A stretch of DNA of 64,000 nucleotides, from assembly GCA_963677925.2 (NCBI GenBank), contig CAXXYH010000003.1, forward strand, positions 2,048,001 through 2,112,000, given 5' to 3'. Each line of letters starts with the position of its first letter. Position 1 is the first letter of the stretch. This document shows positions 38,897 through 46,096 of the stretch, piece after piece. The position numbers were made by a program, and so were the translations under genes. Under the pieces are notes generated by a model. It did no database searches. It was not told the DNA's origin and worked only from the letters and a program-made list of their open reading frames with translations. This stretch comes from Spirochaetia bacterium (lineage in GTDB: Bacteria; Spirochaetota; Spirochaetia; UBA9216).

Positions 38897-39667
38897 ATGT
38901 TAAACGAACGTACAAAAGAAGTCTTTGCCCGGCTTGAGCTGAACATACCTGCGGTGGCTGTTAAATACTTGCCTACAAAGCCAGAGGGAATAAAAAAGCA
39001 CAACGGAAATCTGGCTTTCTGCCAGTATGTAAAAGAAGCACAAACCTCTGAAGAGACTTTTTATATTGATAAAGATAATGATGCATGCTACGGAAAAATG
39101 TCTCTCGGCATGATACCTAAACCGCCGGTAACTGCTTCCGGTCAGGCAGGACTTGATTTTGAACTTTACAAAACCGCTTCTGCCATGATGAAGGTGTATC
39201 AGCATCTGCCGGTTCTTGTTCCCGGAGCAATAAACTATGTAGCTTTTTCTCAGGTAAAAAACTGCAGCTTCGATCCCGATTTGATAATCATTTTCGCAGA
39301 TATCAAAAAAGCTGATATTATTATGCGTGCTTCATGCTACATCTCAGGGGATCTCTGGGAATCAGTTTCAACTCCGGCAATCAGCTGCAGCTGGATGTAT
39401 GCCTATCCTCTGATATCAGGAAAAGTCAATCATATGACAACCGGTTTTTATCATGGATTAAGGCGAAGAAAAGCCTTTCCTGAAGGATTACGAATGATTT
39501 CAATTCCGTTTAATAAAATCGACGAAATTGCAACCGCATTGGACGAAATGAACTGGACAACCATTGCTTTCAGAGAAGACAGAGAGAGCCGTATGGAATT
39601 AAAAAATAGAATGCAGAACTGGCAGACCATGGCAGCAGAAATGGACTGCGAGTGTCATCTGCACTAA
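38897..39667 (+). CDS. DUF169 (COG2043) family protein
   Basis: PAVAVK, AFCQ, AC...LG, FDPDLIII and CS...AYP pattern. Confidence 0.7.
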   Translation: MLNERTKEVFARLELNIPAVAVKYLPTKPEGIKKHNGNLAFCQYVKEAQTSEETFYIDKDNDACYGKMSLGMIPKPPVTASGQAGLDFELYKTASAMMKVYQHLPVLVPGAINYVAFSQVKNCSFDPDLIIIFADIKKADIIMRASCYISGDLWESVSTPAISCSWMYAYPLISGKVNHMTTGFYHGLRRRKAFPEGLRMISIPFNKIDEIATALDEMNWTTIAFREDRESRMELKNRMQNWQTMAAEMDCECHLH

Positions 39668-39687
39668 TAATTTACTTAAATAGGGCT

Positions 39688-39719
39688 GGCGGTAATCAAA
39701 CTGCCGCCCTTTTTATTTT
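39688..39719 (+). terminator. Intrinsic terminator of the sigma54 operon
   Basis: GGCGGTA-N7-TGCCGCC followed by CTTTTTATTTT. Confidence 0.7.
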
Positions 39720-39919
39720 CCAGCACTATGCTGTGCCGCCTGATTTAAAACACTGAAATCACATACCGCATAAAAGCCAGCGCCTCAAAACTTAACGCAA
39801 TCTGTTTAATCTGCGATTTTAATTTAGCTGAGTTTTTAAGTACACTATTTATAAAAACCGAACTATACTATATCAGGAATTTACATTTTTCCAGATTCCA
39901 TCAGGAGAAACATTATAGA

Positions 39920-40375
39920 ATGGAAAAAGCATTTCAATATAAAATCCTCAGAGAACATAAATTGATTTGCCAGATATACCATGGAAAGATTGAACTCAAT
40001 GATGTCAAAGCACAGATGCAGAAAATCACATCAGATCCTGATTTTTCACCGGATCTTCATCTGTTAACCGACTTACGGGACTGCGAATTGAACCTTACCC
40101 CCGCAGAAGTAACAGAATATGTGAATTTCCTTAAGCTTAAATTAATACATTTTAAACCGAGTCCTCACAATGAGGCTTTCATTACAAGCGATTCATACAC
40201 AGAATCACTTTCAATTCTATATTCAATTCAGCTGAAATCTAACGACATTAAATCAGATAGATTTGACACATTGGATGAAGCAATAGAACATGTAGCGAAC
40301 AACAGAGAATTAATTTCAGACATAAGAAAAAAGTTTCTTGAATTTAAAAAAGAATTTTCAGACCTTCAGGATTAA
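39920..40375 (+). CDS. Hypothetical STAS/SpoIIAA-like protein (paralog of 44082..44531)
   Basis: GKIELND...LLTDLRD...FDTLDEAIEH pattern; SD AGGAG. Confidence 0.65.
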   Translation: MEKAFQYKILREHKLICQIYHGKIELNDVKAQMQKITSDPDFSPDLHLLTDLRDCELNLTPAEVTEYVNFLKLKLIHFKPSPHNEAFITSDSYTESLSILYSIQLKSNDIKSDRFDTLDEAIEHVANNRELISDIRKKFLEFKKEFSDLQD

Positions 40376-40439
40376 AGCAATCCGCGGCCGATTTTTTACC
40401 CAATCAGCCGCGGCAGGAATCTTCTGTATTTCGGCACAA

Positions 40440-42356
40440 TCAAATCTGCGAAGCAGCCGCGTATGCCGAGCGGATTGCGTAGGAAACATTTCCGATCTTT
40501 TCACAATCTCCGATCATGGCTGTCTTTATACCTGTTTGGTAGAAGTTCATACCCTCATCGGTTCTTGCACACATTCCTGCGGCAAGGATGATCTTATCTG
40601 CAGAAAAGCTTTTCTCTTTTCCATCAGCATCAACACAGATCACGGTATCACCGATTGAAGTACAGCGGTGGCCTGTATGCTTAGTGATTCCCGCTTCCTT
40701 TTCAAGCGCTCCCATAAGCGACAGCCGGTATGAGAATGAAGCATCGGGAGCAAGTTCCTCCTGCATTTCGATTATATGCACCTTCTTACCGCTCCGGGCA
40801 AGGTGAACCGCAGTCTCACAGCCGACCTGACCTCCGCCGAGGATCAGCACATGATCTCCCTGCGCATCCTCTTTGCCGTATACATCAAGAGCAGGGATCA
40901 CTGAAGGTGAATCGATCCCCTTAATCGGCGGATATACAGGTCCGGCGCCGAGGGCAACTACAACCTCGTCAAAACCCTGCTCCCGAATATTCTCTACTGA
41001 AGCTTCATAGCCGAGTTTCAGTTTGATATCTGATTTCCCAATCTGCTCAAGCAGGTAATTCTTGAACTTTTTAAGCCCGTGCTTGAACTCGGCGAAATCT
41101 GCAAAGTTCAGCTGACCTCCAAGAGAATCGGTTTTCTCAAAAAGCGTAACTGAGTGTCCGCGCTCTGAAAGCTCAAGTGCAGCCTTCATGCCTGCAGGAC
41201 CTCCGCCGATTACTGCGACCTTCTTCTTTCTTTTTGGCGGCTGTATCGACTTCACAAGGTTGTGCTCAATACCCATGCATGGATTCACCGAACAAACGAA
41301 TGAGCGGTCTTCCAGACATGCACTGTCATGGCAGCGCATGCAGCGGATGCATGGAACAACATCAGCCCCCCGATCTTCATAAGCCTTCATTCCGATAAAC
41401 GGATCGGCAATCCATCCACGCCCCATCGATACAATATCAGCCTTACCGCTATAAAGAATTTCTTCTATTTCATCAAGGTCCTGAATTCCGCCTATTGCTA
41501 CAATTGGAATGGGCGAACCTGCTTTCCTGACCTGCTCAGCAACAGGAACAAAGGGAGCGGCGCCGGCAAAACATGTCGGATGGGCAGACCACATCTCGCC
41601 GCCATGAAGGTGAAGCATATCAACATGACCCTCAAGGATTTTGGACATCGCAATAGTATCCTCTACCTTAATACCGTCATCAAACTGAGGCTCTGCACCG
41701 CTTACCCGGAACTCAATAAGGAAGTTCTTTCCGCATCTTTCCTTAATACGATCGAATACCATAATAGGAAACTTAAGCCGGTTCTCGATTGGCCCGCCGT
41801 ATTCATCGGTTCTTTTATTAAAATGGGGTGATATGAAACGAGCCGGACCGGGAGACGCGTAGGCCATGTGAATCATACACATATCAAAACCGCAGCGCTG
41901 GGCAATAGCTGCGGTATCGGCATAACTTTCCGCAATCTCATCCATAATCTCAGGAGTCATCTCTTTTGAGGGAGTTGAAGATGCAAAACCGGTCAGGCCC
42001 TCAACAACATCGTAGTAGCCTTCCCTGTTTTCACCGCGGATTTCCATGGAAGCTTTAGCCCCGTAGAAATGAATGGCATCAGCCATCTGTGAAAGGTAAT
42101 GCTGGTTATGAAGCACAGTCCCGTCCCAGGCAATATGCTGACCGTCAAACTTGTCGCGGTCAAACATCCCGTGTACAGTAACCAGGGCTGCCCCGCCCTT
42201 TGCCTTATTCGCAAAGTATTCAATTAATGCCTGTGTCGGATAAGGTTCCCCGCCCTGAAGAGCATGAACCCCGGTCGGTGCTGCAAAAAGCCTGTTTCGG
42301 AATACAGTATTGCCAATCCTGATTGGACTTAGAAGAGTCTTATATTTTCCTGTCAT
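40440..42356 (-). CDS. NADH:flavin oxidoreductase (Old Yellow Enzyme/FadH-BaiCD-like, FMN+4Fe4S+FAD)
   Basis: RNRL, AKGGAAL, NKRTDEYGG, CIRCMRC...CSVNP, GGGPAG and GGGQVGCE motifs. Confidence 0.9.
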   Translation of the reverse strand: MTGKYKTLLSPIRIGNTVFRNRLFAAPTGVHALQGGEPYPTQALIEYFANKAKGGAALVTVHGMFDRDKFDGQHIAWDGTVLHNQHYLSQMADAIHFYGAKASMEIRGENREGYYDVVEGLTGFASSTPSKEMTPEIMDEIAESYADTAAIAQRCGFDMCMIHMAYASPGPARFISPHFNKRTDEYGGPIENRLKFPIMVFDRIKERCGKNFLIEFRVSGAEPQFDDGIKVEDTIAMSKILEGHVDMLHLHGGEMWSAHPTCFAGAAPFVPVAEQVRKAGSPIPIVAIGGIQDLDEIEEILYSGKADIVSMGRGWIADPFIGMKAYEDRGADVVPCIRCMRCHDSACLEDRSFVCSVNPCMGIEHNLVKSIQPPKRKKKVAVIGGGPAGMKAALELSERGHSVTLFEKTDSLGGQLNFADFAEFKHGLKKFKNYLLEQIGKSDIKLKLGYEASVENIREQGFDEVVVALGAGPVYPPIKGIDSPSVIPALDVYGKEDAQGDHVLILGGGQVGCETAVHLARSGKKVHIIEMQEELAPDASFSYRLSLMGALEKEAGITKHTGHRCTSIGDTVICVDADGKEKSFSADKIILAAGMCARTDEGMNFYQTGIKTAMIGDCEKIGNVSYAIRSAYAAASQI

Positions 42357-42489
42357 TTAATCAATTCTCCCTGGAATATTTAAATGATACGATTTTCTCC
42401 TGATGTTCAATTTTATAGCGATCATATAACTCACATCAAGCAGAATATATTCGGTGAATGTAAAAATTGAGTATGTAATTGAAGCAGGC

Positions 42490-43527
42490 TTATCCCAATA
42501 TTTTTCTGTAAACGGCACGAATTAATATTACCAGCAGAATCAGCACGATAAGACTGACTACAAGCATTGCCGGCAGCATCCAGGCAAAGAAACCGTATAC
42601 AGGAAGCGCCCAACCAAGGAATTTTAGTATGAGAATAAAAATCTGCTGGATAGCAGCAGAAATGAAAATAGCGCCCAGCCATACAAAGAGCTTTGATGCT
42701 GTATTTTTTTTGCGCATCCTTTCAAAAAGAAAAAAGCCTGAAAACCCAAAAAGTGCAGGAACGGCAAGAAGCAGTAAAATCATGAGATTCATGGAGGGAA
42801 AAAAAAGATTTCTTTCAATTTTATCTGCTTCGTACAGGCGTTTAAGTTCTGTTACCGGGTTGCCTCCATCTTTAAGAGGCGGTACAAGTATCCCGGAAGA
42901 AGCGTGGTTTGGTTTATCTCCGGGTGAGGCTACGGCCAGATAGGCGGACATCGCGGCTATTTCCGGATCTCCCGCCCTTCGATCACCTCCGGCTGATGAG
43001 CCGGCTGCAAGGGCCTCAACAAGCGCTTCGGCCAGAGGCAAGCCGGCAGCACGGGCTTTTTCATAGGCTCCAAGACTGTCCCTAACCACATTCTCACTTA
43101 CAAGAATATTGCCCTGAACCATTACATAATCACCTCCAAGGCTTCCAGCCCAGGAAGTACAATTATCACCTGTGAAAGCTGCAGTACCTCCACTCAAAGA
43201 GGCTAAACCGAACTGCTGATTAGCCCTGCCGCTGTTATAATCAGGATCAGTTACTGCATCCATAATCTGCGCTGCAGAATAATCCTGTCCAAGCATTTTA
43301 ACGGCCATCATTCGTGCTGCATCATTTCCTGCAGCCTGAGCAACAACGACTCCGTGCCCTCCGTAAATTCCAAGAATCGGCCAAACCGAGGGTGTATATG
43401 AAGCACCTGCGGAGCCAACCTCCCCGGTTTGCGGATCTACTGCAACTATTGACCATGTGGCCAAAAGCGGAAATACATTCAGAAAAATTAAAATTACTAT
43501 AGCCGATAACTTTTTCATAATAGACAT
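42490..43527 (-). CDS. DUF1028 (Ntn-hydrolase-like) exported protein with C-terminal membrane anchor
   Basis: Signal peptide, then TWSIVAVDP..GEVG, VQGNIL and AGGDRR motifs; three C-terminal TM helices. Confidence 0.8.
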   Translation of the reverse strand: MSIMKKLSAIVILIFLNVFPLLATWSIVAVDPQTGEVGSAGASYTPSVWPILGIYGGHGVVVAQAAGNDAARMMAVKMLGQDYSAAQIMDAVTDPDYNSGRANQQFGLASLSGGTAAFTGDNCTSWAGSLGGDYVMVQGNILVSENVVRDSLGAYEKARAAGLPLAEALVEALAAGSSAGGDRRAGDPEIAAMSAYLAVASPGDKPNHASSGILVPPLKDGGNPVTELKRLYEADKIERNLFFPSMNLMILLLLAVPALFGFSGFFLFERMRKKNTASKLFVWLGAIFISAAIQQIFILILKFLGWALPVYGFFAWMLPAMLVVSLIVLILLVILIRAVYRKILG

Positions 43528-43609
43528 CCTTACTTTTTACTCATGATTATATCACTATATTAAAAGATAACAGAAGACATCACTAATTATATTGAATTAG
43601 TGTGGATGT

Positions 43610-43894
43610 TTACTTAATCAACAATTCAGAACGTCTATATTCATAGAAAATATAAGAACCCGCAAATCCTGTAGTATAAGAAGAGGAAAGAGTTTGCAAA
43701 GCATATCCAATAAGTTCATATTCTGAATCAGAATAAGACAAAATTGGTTCAACTACACCTTCATATCCTTGTACAGCTTGGAACCAGAAACTATCTCTAT
43801 GCTGCCCCTGTTCTAATTGGTCAGTATATGGATGAGCATTAATAAAAATCGTAGATATAAATATTAAAACAACAATGAGAAACAACTTTTTCAT
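43610..43894 (-). CDS. Small secreted hypothetical protein
   Basis: MKKLFLIVVLIFISTIFINA signal peptide, SD GGAG; very AT-rich. Confidence 0.55.
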   Translation of the reverse strand: MKKLFLIVVLIFISTIFINAHPYTDQLEQGQHRDSFWFQAVQGYEGVVEPILSYSDSEYELIGYALQTLSSSYTTGFAGSYIFYEYRRSELLIK

Positions 43895-43959
43895 TTTAAT
43901 CTCCACTTTTTAAATAACTTTTATACTGATACAATACTACAAATAAATTGACATCACAT

Positions 43960-43973
43960 CCAATCCGTGGCCA
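43960..43973 (-). repeat. Short third copy of the GCCACGG repeat core
   Basis: ccaatccgtggcca matches ccagtccgtggcca at 46003-46016 (13/14). Confidence 0.4.
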
Positions 43974-44081
43974 CCAGAAAAGTTTCTTCATTCTCTGTTT
44001 CCTGCAATTATTCATACTCAAAATTTGAATATTTTATTTCAAATAAGTAAACTTTAAAATATAGAGATATAAGGAGCTGAG

Positions 44082-44531
44082 TTGAACAGTTTTTATAGTT
44101 ACAAGATTTTTACAGAACATAATTTAATCTACGCATATTTTTACAGCAAGATAAATGTTGAGGATTTAAAACAATACATGAAAGAACTGACATCTGAATC
44201 TGCATATTCTGCCGGGTTCAATGTAATCAGCGATTTAAGGGATTCAATCCTATCAGTAAAATCTGATGAAATCGTTCATTTCTATAACTACTTGAAAAAT
44301 GACCTCGGGGTTCTGACACAACGGAAGGAAGTTTTCATCGCAGGGGCTGCCAACGAATCTGTTACATCTATGATATACTCAATCTACCTGAAAAACTTTA
44401 ACCTCCATACTGAAATATTCAACAACACCGAAGATGCCCTGGAATATTTGAATATTGATGATTCACTGACGGAATATTTTAAATCAGAGTTTGAACAGGT
44501 CAAACAGAAACATTCATCAACCCTACGCTGA
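44082..44531 (+). CDS. Hypothetical STAS/SpoIIAA-like protein (paralog of 39920..40375)
   Basis: YKIFTEHNLI...SKINVED...VISDLRD...FNNTEDALEY; TTG start with SD AAGGAG. Confidence 0.65.
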   Translation: MNSFYSYKIFTEHNLIYAYFYSKINVEDLKQYMKELTSESAYSAGFNVISDLRDSILSVKSDEIVHFYNYLKNDLGVLTQRKEVFIAGAANESVTSMIYSIYLKNFNLHTEIFNNTEDALEYLNIDDSLTEYFKSEFEQVKQKHSSTLR

Positions 44532-44552
44532 TTATTTGCAGGCGCATGTTAA

Positions 44553-44945
44553 TTACATAAAAACCGAGGGACGAACATTATACTTTTTAGCGAGACGTTT
44601 AATCTGACCGAGGTTTAAAATCCGCTTCCCACTAAGAATTTCACTTATCACAGATTTAGGAGCAATATCCTTTAGATCAATCTGTTTATGATTATGCTCC
44701 TTCATGAGATACTTTAACGCTTCAAGACCAGAGACATTCGTTTTTTCAATAGAAGATTCATACCGCTCCAGCTGGAAATAAATAAAATCATAAAGTCCCT
44801 GAAGTTCAGGATTTCCACTGTTTATCTCTTTTCGAAGAGAGTAAAGATATTCTTCCATTTTTATAGCTTCTTCTTCATCACTAACTGTGAATTGATCAAA
44901 CAAAGCAGCTATTTTAAGTAATTCGGTTGAAGAATTATGCATCAT
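44553..44945 (-). CDS. higA: HigA-type antitoxin (HTH)
   Basis: LKYLMKEHNHKQIDL...SVISEILSGKR.LN..QIKRLA Xre HTH, downstream of the toxin. Confidence 0.85.
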   Translation of the reverse strand: MMHNSSTELLKIAALFDQFTVSDEEEAIKMEEYLYSLRKEINSGNPELQGLYDFIYFQLERYESSIEKTNVSGLEALKYLMKEHNHKQIDLKDIAPKSVISEILSGKRILNLGQIKRLAKKYNVRPSVFM

Positions 44946-44971
44946 ATAAATTCCCTTCCTTAATATCTCTA

Positions 44972-45259
44972 TCAGTATTTCTTATCGTAATCAGCATGAG
45001 TTAGAAAATCTATGATATAAACTTCCTGAGAATCATAGAATATATGGGTAATGAGTCTATAAGAATTACCTTTTATATTAAAACAAGTATACATTCTCTC
45101 CACTCCAACAGCATCTGCAGTAGGAAAGGTTTTTCTCAAGTCAACAATATGACCCGCTTCACAGCCTTCCACTATTTTAATCCAGCGCTGAAGTGATTTT
45201 TCAACATCCGGATATTGTCTTGAAATCTGTCTTAACTTTGCAACTGTTATTACTTTCAA
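44972..45259 (-). CDS. higB: HigB-type mRNA interferase toxin
   Basis: MKVI...W...LRKTFPTAD...FNIKGNSYRLI...THADYDK signature. Confidence 0.9.
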   Translation of the reverse strand: MKVITVAKLRQISRQYPDVEKSLQRWIKIVEGCEAGHIVDLRKTFPTADAVGVERMYTCFNIKGNSYRLITHIFYDSQEVYIIDFLTHADYDKKY

Positions 45260-45293
45260 AAATTGAATTACTCCTTATAAGGGAGTAACACAC

Positions 45294-45324
45294 TAAAGTT
45301 AGCAATTTGCGAACTTTATGTCAA
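45294..45324 (-). promoter_or_regulatory. higBA promoter with overlapping operator palindrome
   Basis: Minus strand TTGACA-N17-TAACTT. The inverted repeat TAAAGTTaGCAA-T-TTGCgAACTTTA (45294-45318) spans the spacer and the -10 element. Confidence 0.75.
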
Positions 45325-45423
45325 GAAATATTATAAATATGAATACTCCACTACACAAGATTTAAACCACAATTATTCTAATAGAATTCAACCATCATAC
45401 AGAATTATTGGATTCACCGGCTT

Positions 45424-45786
45424 CTAAACAACCAGGCGCTGCCATTCAAGCTGCAAGCCCTGAAAATTAAGCAGGTAACCCACACGGCAGCCGCTAATAT
45501 GCAGATAGTTAATTAACTGTGCCTTGTGGCCGTCATTAATTGCCTTTACTGATTTTAATTCAAGAATAACAGAATTATTTACAACAAGGTCTGCAAAATA
45601 CTCACCAACAGTATTACCCTTATATTTTACATTGAACGGCTGATTATAAACGACATTCACCCCTGCTTCCTTGAGCTCATAAAACAATGCATTGTGATAA
45701 CACTGCTCAAGCAGCCCAGGCCCCATGCCCTTGTGAACTGCCATACAGCAGCCGATAATTTGATAACTTAATTCTTTGTACAGCAT
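45424..45786 (-). CDS. GxxExxY protein (PD-(D/E)XK nuclease-like family)
   Basis: MGPGLLEQCY, YFADLVV, ILELKSV, HKAQLINYL and GYLLNF motifs; SD GGAGG 7 nt before ATG 45786. Confidence 0.9.
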   Translation of the reverse strand: MLYKELSYQIIGCCMAVHKGMGPGLLEQCYHNALFYELKEAGVNVVYNQPFNVKYKGNTVGEYFADLVVNNSVILELKSVKAINDGHKAQLINYLHISGCRVGYLLNFQGLQLEWQRLVV

Positions 45787-45792
45787 TTGCAT

Positions 45793-45918
45793 ACCTCCTG
45801 AAATTTTCAGGCACACCACAGGCCCGCTTTACAGGAACTCAAGGGAACGGCAAAGCCGTTTTCACCCTGCCCTTGAATTCCTGTAAACGGGATGTACAAT
45901 GAAAAACCTGAAGGAGGT
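45793..45918. promoter_or_regulatory. Long branched inverted repeat, candidate single-stranded-DNA (Frpo/ssi-like) promoter
   Basis: Stems ACCTCCT/AGGAGGT, TTTTCA/TGAAAA, CCCG/CGGG, TTTACAGGAA/TTCCTGTAAA, TCAAGGG/CCCTTGA and apical AACGGC/GCCGTT. The right arm carries TTGAAT-N16-TACAAT. Confidence 0.65.
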
Positions 45919-45956
45919 CCTCCCTACTTCCACCTTCTTACTTCCACAAATCACCG

Positions 45957-46020
45957 CCCTAACCTGCCCCATACAAGTTCGCTGCTGTGCGTATACCCGA
46001 TACCAGTCCGTGGCCAAGAC
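45957..46020 (-). repeat. Diverged ~55-bp repeat, right copy
   Basis: ccctaa...ccatacaagttcgctgctgtgcgtatacccgataccagtccgtggccaaga, inverted relative to 32361-32420. Confidence 0.55.
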
Positions 46021-46050
46021 CTAACCTGGCGGCCGAACAAATTTCTTTAA

Positions 46051-46079
46051 TTGACAATCCTTTCGCAGGGGCCTATATT
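46051..46079 (+). promoter_or_regulatory. sigma70 promoter of the patatin gene
   Basis: TTGACA-N17-TATATT. Confidence 0.7.
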
Positions 46080-46096
46080 TTTGTAAAAGGCGGCCT

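Noticed and set aside
45841-45870. c-di-GMP-I riboswitch (GGCAAAGCC resemblance)
   Set aside because: Lacks the two-stem GNRA/receptor architecture; better explained as the apex of the long inverted repeat.
45954-46040. Integron attC site (CCCTAAC/CCTAAC motifs near higBA and GxxExxY)
   Set aside because: No matching GTTRRRY end, no attC-like palindrome and no integrase.
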